Source: Phoronis australis
Taxonomy: Eukaryota > Animalia > Phoronida
Direction of reading: 5' to 3'
Assembly (NCBI GenBank): GCA_002633005.1
Contig: NMRA01000277.1
Coordinates: 308,431-372,430, forward strand
Length of the DNA stretch: 64,000 nucleotides
Below the pieces are notes generated by a model. It had not been told where the DNA came from. It did no database searches and saw only the letters and a list, made by a program, of their open reading frames with translations. The position numbers were made by a program, and so were the translations under genes. Below, one piece after another: positions 13,031-25,246 of the stretch (positions are counted from its first letter, which is position 1; every line of letters starts with the position of its first letter).

Positions 13031-13282
13031 GGGATGGAAAGCTGTCGGTGAAAGAAATAACGGACAACTTGCACGCGGTACAGCTCTTTATGAGTAGAGA
13101 AACGGAGCAACTGACCGAGGCGTTCAAGGCTATTGATAAGAAGAAGCGTGGCTATGTAACAGAAAAATGCCTTTTGAAGGTATTAAGTCTGAAGCAGAAC
13201 ATGACAACGGAGGAGGCGGAAGCAACTCTCCGTGTTCTGAGAAAGTTTGATGTTAATAAGGACGGCAAATTCAGTTATCCAG
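13031..13282 (+). CDS. Calmodulin-like EF-hand protein, exon 4
   Basis: Completes loop DTNGDGKLSVKE; LTEAFKAIDKKKRGYVTEKCL; FDVNKDGKFSYP; donor CAG|GTACGC; 252 bp, phase 1-1. Confidence 0.92.
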
Positions 13283-14932
13283 GTACGCAGTTTACAGCCT
13301 TCTAAAAACTCACACTACCAGACAGTCAATATGGCTGCACTTGACTCACACCGCCGGGTCAACCAACTGAGACACCTGATTGGTTCTCGATGACAACTTA
13401 CCGTTCACAATCGGATGTTATAGCCAGTTAGTGACCAGGCGTGCAGTCCCAATTAACGCTAGGACCTACGCTAGGACCTACGCTAGGACCTAGTAAAAAT
13501 CTAGCCAAAGTCACGTTTCTCATTAAAATTACACGGCAATATCTCACGTAATCTCGCGAAGTCTAGCTTTTCAGTGAGGTTGTAGCGTTACTAAACGAGA
13601 GGGAGGCTAAACAGCGAAGTCAGTCAAGAGCAGCCAGTGCCCTCTGTGTATTCTTCAAGCAGTTGGCGATTGTTTGTTGATTTGTCTAAATGCATCAAAA
13701 GATAGCAGCATAAATCGCGTCTTTTTTAAGTTTTGGTAAATAAGTTAATTTCCTCAGAGTAATTGTTTAATCTACACAAACACGTTTTGTCCTGTACTTC
13801 TTCCTTGCGCTCGTGTCTGCAGATTCTCAAGTACATCGTGCATTGATTTGTAGCGCCCTCTTTCAGGCATTTCTTCTGCAGGATTGTGCTTTGTGTGTCC
13901 TCTTCCAGGCGTTTTGTCGGATCTGCAGGCTTGTGTCGCAACGGCTTTTGAACTAACAAAGCCTGAAAGTGGAATTGTTAGTTAGAGGATCCCACTTAGG
14001 ATTAATTTCATGTTTTATAATTAGCAATGTCTACAAAAACGTAATACTACCATTTCTTTTGCTAATAAGTTGCTTCTGAATGTTGGTTTGACCACGCTTT
14101 CCCATTGCCTTCGGCAGCCAACCTGGCAAAGTTCTTGACAGTTTTTAGTGAAATCGGGGAATTCAGAATAAATAGCTACTTTTCAATGCTGCAATTTTCA
14201 GTAAATGTTAGTAAGTTGGTTAAACTGCGTTTTCTATCTAGCGTAGTTGCTCCTGCTTAAGTTTGGGTACTAAAATTGTACGCAAAAGCAAACAATTGAA
14301 AATATACCTACATGCATCTACCTTTTGGTGGCTATTGTATACATGTATAATCCAGGTAGAACAATCTAGACCTCAAAGAAAAATTATACTTCGCATTGAC
14401 CTTTTCCGACAGTCGGTCTTATCGCTTAAAGCCAGCCACTACACGTACATGCAAGCCTGCGGCGCTTTGTTAACGGTTGGAAATTTATTAAAGTCAATAA
14501 AGTTTACAAGGTACACATCCCCGTTCCATCATTTAGAGAACCGCATTCGACCTGATGTGCTGTCGTGTAGTTTTGCAAATACTACAGTGACGATTCCGGT
14601 CAACAACAATAGAGGTCACTGTAATACTCTATCGGTGGGAGACTTAATTCACTTGTCATCACTGGCGTGCATGAAAAAACCACATTGTCTATTTTGACCC
14701 GCATTCTTGTTGTTTGGCTACAAGCTCTGTGTGTTTGTATTGACGCTTACCCCCATTCGCTACAAGCCCAACCAAACCTGTCTCCCCACTCCAACGTGTT
14801 TTTTCCTTAATTTTGTCTCTCTGTGGTTTCAGGCTGTAATCGCTACAGACGTGATTTTTATATATCCTTCTGGTCAATGGACATCTTTTCATTTACAATT
14901 TTTGATGTGAACATATTTTACTTCCATTTCAG

Positions 14933-15036
14933 AATTTATTAGAATATACTGTAGCGGGTATTTCCCCTTCAAGGTTCCAGAAGATGTTGAAAAAGTGCCT
15001 ATCAACGAAACGTACAGAATGGAACACTCCACGTGA
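14933..15036 (+). CDS. Calmodulin-like EF-hand protein, last exon (EFIRIYCSG...MEHST*)
   Basis: TTCCATTTCAG acceptor; completes EF-hand 4 as SYPEFI; TGA at 15034-15036; total CDS 570 nt; candidate AATAAA at 16307. Confidence 0.85.
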
Positions 15037-15411
15037 GGAATGTTACAAGCATGAGACTGCACTTACCTACAACGGCAAATGAACGCGGAAAAACTCTTCA
15101 TAATGTAAAACGCCCCCAACACCTGCTCATGCTCAGTGTCGCGAAAGTAACACTCAACCATGTACTTGCGAGTCTGTGTCTGACATATTGTTCTCCGCTT
15201 GAAATGTAAGGCAAGATCTCACGGATTAGAGACTTTTGTGATCTCGCCAAGCCTGCAAGATACCCACCTTACTAGGGCCCCAGGACAGCAAGAACGCCTG
15301 GTGGTTTAATTAGATTAACCTGCTGCCGTCAGATGCCAGTCACATTTTTGATCGGTCTCGAACCCAGACTCGAAAACGAGGCCATATTGTCAGATTCATT
15401 CCAAGCTACAA

Positions 15412-15822
15412 TCTGGGCCCAATCTCGAATCTTTTTACTCGAATCTTTTTACTCGAAATGGAACTCGAAATAATGGTTGGCATGTTTTAATCTACTTTTG
15501 TGCGAACTCGAGATAAGTGTCTATTACTCAATGCTCGAGTACATAATGACTCTTACGTCGGATGATCTATTAGTCCTAGTTTGCAGTTGACAAATCTAAC
15601 GTTAAACCTAAAAGTTCGAGTTTGAACTCGAAATTTTGAGTTTTTATTCGAGTTGCAGCACGAATATCAGGGGTTTTATGTGCAAACTTGGAGTATAAAC
15701 TTATATGCATGAACTATAATTATTCGAGCACAGTATCTTGAGTTCGCACAAAAGGAGCAGCGAAATTTCAAAAAATAATTTCGAGTTCGTTTCGAGTACA
15801 AAGATTAGAGACCAGGTCCTGA
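15412..15822. mobile_element. Palindromic MITE (Harbinger-like GGGCC end) in the probable 3' UTR of the EF-hand gene
   Basis: Long imperfect inverted repeat gggcccaatctcgaatctttttactcgaa...aactcgaaa versus tttcgagttcgtttcgagtacaaagattagagaccaggtcc. Confidence 0.6.
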
Positions 15823-17892
15823 TTCGTGTGCGTATTTCAGCATCTCAAACTGTCAATTATTTCTTTCGATTTATTTTTTTCTGACATCCGGTAATTGCAT
15901 TTCGATGATTTCAATTTCATGCTGTTCCTTTTTGATTAACCTCTATTGTGAGACTTGTGTATGCAATAGCATGGTTGATCTGTAACTCATACTAAGTGGT
16001 AGCTGCCTGCTTGTCATGAGTAGTTCGTAACCAGCGGGCAGTGTGATCACAACTTTTATCCTAGCGTTCATCATCTGGATAACGTTCACCAGTTAATGTT
16101 GTAAAAGTACCGGTTGATCTCACCCTAGATCGACCAATCAAAAATCACAAGGATCTACTCCAACCACAAGTGCTGGTAGAGACTGGGTTCGAGACTAAGT
16201 CATAAAATGGATGGATGCCGATATTTCAAGTGTAAATTTTTCGACTTGATCGTTTCGAAATATTATTTTGCATGTTATACATGTATGCTGTATGGATATA
16301 TATTTTAATAAAAGATCAATTGTATTCTTGCATACTTATGTTTCCTTCACATTTGTAATCATGCAGAACACCTTGGCTGTGTTTGTAACTTTGAGGACAA
16401 GAAAGTCGGTGTAGCTCCCACATGAGAGCTTTCTGGCCTGTTAAATCGTCCACGTGGCAGGAATTCACTGAACCTCAGATATCACTTGAGATCCCGTTCG
16501 CTTCGCGAAAATGTGAACAAAACGCATTTTTTTAAAGCTCGCAAGCCTGTATCAGCACATGTTTTGTCTGTTTTGGAAAGAAGAGCAAAGTTGAACGGCC
16601 TTGTTACGTGTCCTTTATATGAAAGTGCACGTTAAACGGAACAGTTCAGGAATAACAATTCCTATTGTTCATGTATGAGATGTACAGTAATTAGACGTGT
16701 GCTTCACTTTGACCACCTGCGCTCAGCTATTTTCATTCGTCTTCAAATTGCAATTAATTACCACGTTTTTACTGGAGCATCAGCAAAATCACTTTATTGG
16801 GAAATAAACCTAAACGTCATGTAGGTATCCCTTTAAAGCATCACTTATTGACTCACGCGGCCGTTTAACATGCATTACCGTAAGTCGTAACTGGTTATAC
16901 CCAAGAGGTGATTTATAAAAAGTGACGTAACAGGCGCGAAAATGAACTACAGTTGTTGCAAATTCAGAGTCCAAGGATGCCACTAGTTTCACATTTGTTA
17001 TTACTCTACACTTGATGAGAAAACCGTTGGCAAACGTAATTTTACAAGATACCCACGGCTTAGACCGTCACTAAGCGACTAAAAATAATGATGGGTCTAA
17101 TTTTATCATACCCGATTAAAGACTTGGCAGGTGTATTTTTAGAAGACAGACGTGAAACGATTAAACTAAATTCACTCTCACGCGTATACTACATGTATTT
17201 TCAGGTTCATTAAACTCTGACTTGGTCCTATGTTTGCTTAGATGAAGTGCAGTTCTAAAATCGTGTGTATCACATAATTGAATGTTACATAAACACATGT
17301 ATGTACTCCAGGATTTTTTGTTAACTGACATTCCTAAGTGTCCTTATGCGTGTTTTATCTTTGATTACACGAGACTTATTTCAGACAGGTTGTTCTGACA
17401 GGTGTGGTTTCTATTCTAAAAATACAGCGCAACACCACATGAATCAAACCCGCGATGTTTTTTGAGTTTCCATTACCACTGCTGCCGTGGCGTGTGCTCT
17501 TCGATCTGTTCAAGATGCGAGTCCACTGACTTGTAAGCGATACAGAAATATGTCAAACATTTAAGAGTGGTATGTGGTGTAAGGAGCCAAATGCTTTGGA
17601 TTCGTGACAGCTGGCGTTCGTGGTTGTGAAAAAACTCACCAAACGTGATATTACGTGGTTACAACTGAGCTACGACGCGGATAATATTTTAACGGGCATC
17701 TGTAAACCCGGAGACGGATCATTGGAAGGTTCGCCCCGCCCCCTCTACGGTCACACCAGCAGTGTGTTATTCTAGGGCTTCCCGCTTAGATTGTCCATCA
17801 AAAATTTGTTTGATTGGCCCCCCCCCCCCTCCGGAACTTGCGTCATACTGATATCTCTGTTACTTTATGCAACTCTTCTTACGACCGGTTTC

Positions 17893-18008
17893 AATCAGTA
17901 TGTATAAATATCAGTGTGTACTGAAGAAATACACATATTATTACCAAACCAATCAGTATGTATAAATATCAGTGTGTACTGAAGAAATACACATATTATT
18001 ACCAAACC
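17893..18008. repeat. Perfect 58-bp tandem duplication
   Basis: aatcagtatgtataaatatcagtgtgtactgaagaaatacacatattattaccaaacc twice. Confidence 0.95.
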
Positions 18009-19993
18009 ACATTATACACGTATGTTGACAAATTAATTTTCTATCGAGAAATCTGCATTTGGTTCGGTATAAAAATACCCATAAGATGGAGAGGTTTCTG
18101 TTTTGGAAAAAATAATCTGTAATGAGCATGTGATACACATTCAATGAATTATTTAGAAAATTTAATCATATTAAAATAAAACAACGTTTTGGTTACTTTG
18201 TTAATCTCCCTCAAGAACCACGAATAGTCAATACACTCATGCTTTATCATCACTGAACAACACCGTGACAGCGTCTGTTGTAGACATTCTTGGCCGTTTT
18301 AGAGCTTTGAAATCTGCTCTAGAGAACGCACGCATGCCTTCTACTGAGAATAAGTACCCATCTTTGTTCTAAATTTCACTCCATAACGCTGAAGGGTACT
18401 TTAAGACGTACTCTCTCTAAAAATTATACATTTTGACTCGAATACGATACGCGTTCATTTTGTCAAAAAACATCATCAAGCCTTTAGTCTGGCCGAAGTT
18501 ACGTATTCGCCATGAAAATGTGGAAAACAGCTGCGAAGTCTCGTTTGCTATCGCGTGGGCGTGATGTCACTGCTAATTAACGCAAACCCGCTGTGCACAC
18601 CCGTTATTTTTTGCCAAAGTGATAACATCAAAAACGCTTCTGACCGCTGCCTTAAGACATCGGCAGTACAAACGTGTTTTTATTGCCCTTCGCCTACTTC
18701 CGCCGGTTGTGTGCACCACTCGTGTCCTCGCCATGGACTCTGACACCTGCTCCGAGTCCTGAACACTGAGAAAAATGTACTGCGCATGTTTGTTAGTGTT
18801 TACAGTTTACAGTTGTACGTCTACCAGGACCTTCTTATTCACCGCATTCAGACATAAGTTGAATTACACTTTACAAATTCCTTTCTTTGTCACACCGTGT
18901 ACGCTTACGTACAGTACGCTGCATACATCAAAGTGTGGTCTTGTCTGTTTGTGCATTTTGAGTATTACGTTGCCATACAATGTACATGTACTCTCTTCAA
19001 CTGTTTTACCAAATATTTGAGCACCCGAACAATCAGCAATAAACGTACGTCACTTTTTTAACGTCTAGGTCTAGGAACCAGCACTGCGTAGGTTAAAAGG
19101 TCCAGGTCGTGGAAAGAATAGGGATAGCGGCTCAAGGGGAATACCCTTGATTTACCGTGTACACTGTAGCCACTCGGAGGGGCACAGCGAATCATCCCCT
19201 TAGTTTATTGCTCAAAACCCCCGCGGGTCAAAATTCAATCGTTGTATGTTTGTCCTTACCCCTGCTCATTGCAAATTTTCCCCGGATTATTCATTCATTT
19301 CACCCCGTGGACAATAATTTCGTATTTGCTCCCTCCCCACTCCTATTGAATGCTTTTCATCTGGTTACTACTGTACATCTCCCCCCATCGTTATGCATCT
19401 GAAGCTGACTAGTAAAAGAACACGTGCATTTAACTAGTGAGATATTGAACATTTTCGACGACTAGAAGAGGTTGCCTTTTTGCACATTCACGAACGATAA
19501 CTACAGTTGTAAGTTCAAAGTGAGTCGATTGCTTCTTTTAGCCCACAGTTTCCCCTTAGTTTCTCATTCGAAAATTCTGCCAAGTTAAACATTGCTAATG
19601 GTACGAAATACTACCACGCTACTTATTTTATTAGTAAAGTCTTGTGTTTGAGGGTGGCACAATCTTCTAGTCGGGTCACGTGCCAGTAGTGTTTAGATAG
19701 AATTCAAATCTTGGAGGAGACAGTCGGAACACTCTTGCGCAAACTCGGAAAATCGTTAAACGTTCCTTGAAGCATACAAGACTGAATAAGATTCAAAACC
19801 CATTGTCTCTGAGCGGTAACCAGCTTTAGTTATTTTGCATGGAATATGCATTGTGGTTACATACTTGCAAAACCACGGATATTTTTTCCGTAAATAAAAT
19901 TTCCCATCGTAATCGTGTTTTTGGGTCCGCGTTTTGTTCAAACCAATTTTGTTCAAACTATGGATACAGAGAATATTTAACCCCTAAAAAGTT

Positions 19994-20049
19994 CTATCGA
20001 AACGGAAATTGAAACCACGAACTATCGAAACGGAAATTGAAACCACGAA
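19994..20049. repeat. 28-bp tandem duplication
   Basis: ctatcgaaacggaaattgaaaccacgaa twice. Confidence 0.9.
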
Positions 20050-20633
20050 CAATGAAGATGCATTATGGGAAGGGTGGAATGTGTAATTACGAAATCATAA
20101 TTCTATTCCATCACTTAAGAAAAATTGCAAATACGCGTGTTCCGGTTTTGTTCTTTTATTTTTTGTATATAAGCTTCAAGTTGGCAAAGAAAAAAATGTC
20201 CCTCCAACGCGTTATCGCAAAAAGACACGTGTCAAAGACCACAGCGGAGAACGAGTGATATTCGCATTTATAGGCGACATTCCAACAACGAGGAAGCGTC
20301 GGAAATTGAAAAGGGCAAAAATGTGACTCCTATCTTGACACACCAGGTGTTCGGTCTCTAAACGCGAGCTAATTGCGATAAACGCAAAATCACGCAAGGC
20401 TTCGTCAGATATCGTTAACAAGCAAACAACTGGTGATCACACCTGTACAGATATCTTCACGAAATAGTGTCTGTGGGGCTCGTTGACCGGGCTTGACGCA
20501 GTACATGTACCTTCTGGTCCAACGTGATCCATTTCCATTGCTTTACAATTCAAGGGATTGGCTTTATACTTTAAAAGGTGGTCAGAGGGATCCGTAGTTA
20601 CTGCCATTACGCGTGATATCATCGGTGAGGAAA

Positions 20634-20796
20634 CAGTGGCGGATTTAAGGGGTGGGGGGCAATGGGCCATGCCCACCTAAAATTCTCCCATATTTCATGT
20701 GGCAGTTCGAGGGTTCGAATGTCTGACGCGCAAAATCGAGACTAATTGAATACTCTGCAATGGCCGCCCTAACTTAAAATCCTGGATCCACCCCTG
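20634..20796. mobile_element. hAT-like MITE family B
   Basis: CAGTGGCGGATTTAAGG ... CCTGGATCCACCCCTG imperfect TIRs; no clear TSD. Confidence 0.65.
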
Positions 20797-23700
20797 AAAA
20801 ATCAGCCAAAGCGCGAAATGGAAATCCAAATCATCGCGTCGCAGCCTAACGCTCTTTTGTCTAAGGTAGTTCCACTCATGGCACAGTGTTTTTTTTTTTA
20901 CTATTGAACTGGTAATTAGTCACCAACCTTGGTAAAGATACGGACATTATGAGTCATCCAGGTGAAAAACTATATCCAAAATTTATAAATCACAATTTCT
21001 GGAACCTACTATACATGTAAGCGTCGGAAAATGCTGAATAGAGATCCGGAAGTCGTTCTTTATAAGTTTTTCGCACCACCGTTGGCGTTGATTTCTGGAG
21101 GAATGTCTGCCAGACAACGGCGAGGCTTGCAATCAAATCAGAAAAAATACGAATGGTTTTATTGCTTTATAGCTCTGTTAAAAACCTACTATTCTTCAAT
21201 GATTCCTAAATAGCGTTTTTCTGTTCTGAACCCGACATTGCCTTAGTAAGTTGCATTTTGCACTGTTGCACTGGCTAAAAATCGAACACGAATTAGGCCC
21301 TTAATTATCATCATATCAGTCTATGATAACATTCCGTAATACGATATGATTGCATTTCCGATACCCACTCATGTCACAAGAATTTTCGAATTCGCAATTT
21401 AAGGGATAACCAACTCTAATTAAAATCTGAACCTTTTTTAATCGACGACGGTTTTGATGATCTTGTTGGCAAGAGAAATGGAACTTCATCACTACAAGGA
21501 ATGTTATGAGACCACATGTAACTCGGTGAGAGTAAAAGACATATTAATTCGGTTTGCGTTTTCAACCAGCTAAACCGGGCTTAATGTGATTGCTCAGTTG
21601 TGGTCCTCTATCTAACATTTTGTTTTTAATCTTTTTAGTTATCATATAGAGCTCTGAAGCACCTGCGTGTCTCACGATCGGTGAATTTGACGATTTGAGA
21701 TCCCATCATGCTTTGCGATATGAAGTTATTTGTGTTTCCGTTTACCAGAGTATGAAATGAAAGGATCAAACAGTTGAAATACTTTTTGGCAAACCAGAAA
21801 CTATTAGTTAGGATTTCATAGTTTGTACTCGTCTATAACACCTGGTAATGAACACAGTCGTGTTTCTAAAACATCTACAAACATACAGGGAGATTCAGAA
21901 GATTTATTTCTGATTCGTTAAGATTAATGTATGTTTTATCTCTTGACATTTTGTTTGCTGCAAACTCTTATTTTATTGAGTGCTTCAACTTAATTGTCAT
22001 ACATTGCGATAATTAGAGACATATGAAAAATACACGAAAACACATAGCAAAGAGCTTTAGCTATAGCACGTGTTATATATTTTTTCGTATTGATTTGGCC
22101 TAAAATCAAAACCATCATGGGTAAAAATAACGCATGGTTTCTTTTTTATGTTATAGATGAAGACATCGAGTTAAAAGACTTTTGATATCTGATTCACGTT
22201 ATGTAGCCAAGCTATTTTACCGAAATACAAAGAGGGACTTTTTCATGACTAAAAGTTATTGAGGATAGAATTTGAAATTTGATCTTGTGATCTATATAAC
22301 TACTGCTTAAAAATAATTAAACGACACTTGAGCGAAAATGTCTGCGGAGAAAAATACACATATAACTGTTAGTTCTAGAGACAATTTCTCTGAATTGTTT
22401 CCAGTTGAGTGTGCAGGCTGATCTTTTTTCAGCAAATGTGAAGAGGAAACGCAATACGAAACATTCTGTCTTAAGTCTTTTAAGTCTCTTTCATAATACA
22501 GATCCGAGATGTTTGCATTATTACGTGTTGAAACACGCATTCCCGTCATGATTCAAGTCACGACGCTGGCATGATCTAACAGTTCTCGACCGACGATAAG
22601 ACGCACCTGTGACCCTAAACAAATGTAGGGGAAATCTGACATTAAGTTTGGGAATGTACAATTATAGCGCGTTGCTAAATTTAGTGGCTTGGGAAAATAT
22701 CACAGGGGTTGCCAAATACCTGTTAACCAAGGAATAAATGTCGAAACAGGATTGGTTGCTGCTTGATACGGTTGGGAATTTTTGAGGAATCGTTACACGG
22801 TATGCATTAACCGCAATAAGTCTTAAGTGAAAGTTGAATTCAAGATAACGTTTAACTAGTGCGGCAGGACTTGTTGGAATTTGGGATTGTTTTAGAAAAA
22901 AATATGACCGACTGAGCTTCAAATCTATGAGCCAATTTAGAGGTCCTGCATGTATGAGTTTTTCTGTCCTTTTTCAATTTTTAAATTAAAATTTCTTTGG
23001 GTGAGAACATTTAACGTTTGGGAATTCATTTTATACCGCAGTACGTACATGTAACGCAGCGTTTATTGATTGGTCAGAACGGCTAAATGCAAATAAACAA
23101 AAATCCAAAGTTGGGTTTTATATATTTCATGCACAACTTTAAGTCACTGCCACGGATCATTGTGTTAGATTCTCTGGCCTGTCCGTGACATTTTAACGCG
23201 CCGGTGGTCCCAGTGAAACAATCACGCTGAGTAAATGATGCAGGGCGAGGTTTTCCTGGTTCAAATTCGGTAGAAAACAATTATTTGTGTTTCACGTATC
23301 ATCGTAAGGTTAAATGAAGGGGAAGAGGGGTGGCCCATAAATGTTTGTTACCTGCCTAAATACGAGACTCCCGGAGAATATTAGGTTGTTATTAGGGTGT
23401 GGGAATGTTCCAACTTCATGCGTATATGTATGTATGTGACTGTACAAAACAAAACGTGACGCAGTACAATTACACTGTGCACGTGGAAGATCAAAAGCGA
23501 ATGTATACAGAATCGTATTACCGTTTTAAGAGTAATACTTTATGACATTTGTGCGCAGGAATAGTTTTTGGAAGTAACGCGGCGTTTCTTCTAACTGGAG
23601 CAAAACGCGCGAAAGTTTTCCGTGTTCACTTCTTGCAACCAGGATGTTTTCTTTCTTCTGTTTAAGTCTTCATCTTCTAAAATGCTTGAAAACCAACTCG

Positions 23701-23840
23701 GATTCGCTGCGGCGTGGATTTCGTACAATTCCATGGAACCGTTAGAAACGGATCATTTGAATTTCTCGAAACTTATGAACTGAGATTCTTGACAACGACG
23801 ACAAAAAATAATGACCCCACGCATCCATTTCAGCCAAGGT

Positions 23841-23843
<3 letters not shown>

Positions 23844-23894
<51 letters not shown>

Positions 23895-23900
23895 TGTGTG
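23844..23900. repeat. (GT)n microsatellite
   Basis: Uninterrupted GT run of about 23 units plus degenerate tail. Confidence 0.98.
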
Positions 23901-24919
23901 TTTTTGTTCTGTTTCTGGAAAAGTTACACAGAATAGCGTAAACAGAAGGAAGCAAAATTTAAAACGTCACGATTTGCCAAGCGATCTGTAAAAAAATCCC
24001 TCAACATTTTGTGCTAGTCTCAGTAGCGCTTTCTTTTTGAAAGTGTGAGCAAATAAAAATACCACCCCATCGATTCGATGTTCAAAAAACACATACCAAA
24101 ACCAGCAATGATTTTTGGCCATATATCGCTCGTACAGTATGTAAAGATAACGATGACGCAAACAACTTGAACGCAGATGTGCTATACAAACACATGTATG
24201 TACCTCAATTAAGATAAGCGTCCTCGCTAATTAAAAATAACTCATTAATGAAAACAGGTTGAAATATCTCTACATTTTTTCAGGAACATCATGGCTATGT
24301 GGGTGTATCGTATGCATGAAGATAATTGCAACTAGATGCAGGTGAGGTTGGCCTAAAGTACTCAAATGGATAATTCGGTGAAAACCTTGAATGCATTTTG
24401 TATTTTGCAGAAGGGCTAACAAGCAACAATTGCAATATGCATATGCAAACTGAAAAAAACGAACTTATCGGTGAAGTGGTTCTAACGTCGTCATTAGCTG
24501 CATAGCTTGTGCCACACGAACGCAATTATGGCGTCACGTGATTTCTAGAAAAATAATAGCCAACTGGACAACAGATGGAAAGATCTATTGAAAACATTGA
24601 ATACAATTTACAAACAGAAATTTCAAATGTCCTGCCTCCGGCAAAGTGATGAATTAAAGAGGACTAGGAGCGGATGTGTTAGATTTGATTAAAGGCGACG
24701 TGTGCGAAACATGAGAGAGGATTTTTGGCTCTAATTGACAGTGAAAGGTTGATTTGTATTAGATTAGTACAGAGTAGCTGCCTGCAACTGAGAACCATTG
24801 ACATCAAGGTGCAGTCGTTTATCCGGTGCAGTTCGGTGTAACAAAAAGGTTATAAGTGTACCTGATTCAAATTAGTTTATTTATAAACGAGTTCTACAGG
24901 ATCTTATTATCCTCCTTAA

Positions 24920-25246
24920 AGCCGCATTTTGACTAGGTTTAAATGACAAAAAATGCCCTTTTGCTCTCATTAAAGCAGTCTCAATCACATTATTCTGTTT
25001 CCGTGACCAAAAGGACATCAGGTCCATCAGCGATTCAAGAAAACACTTCAATGTTCATTCGGGGTTTGACCACCCATTAAATTAGGCATTCGAAAATGGC
25101 ACGTGTACGTGTTTCCATAGACTCCATTTGCCGGCTCATTCGGCGATATAGCGTCAAGATTGGTTGAGAGTGATAAAGTTTTGAAACTTCGTAGGGCTTT
25201 GGTTAAGAATTCGGCATTAATAGTTAAACTGGAGTAAAATGTAGCT
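24920..25246. mobile_element. Non-autonomous Kolobok-like MITE
   Basis: TTAA|AGCCGCATTTTGACT ... AGTAAAATGTAGCT|TTAA; imperfect TIR with TTAA on both sides. Confidence 0.6.

Noticed and set aside
14263-14697. 144-aa ORF
   Set aside because: Inside EF-hand intron 4, non-ATG start, no homology pattern
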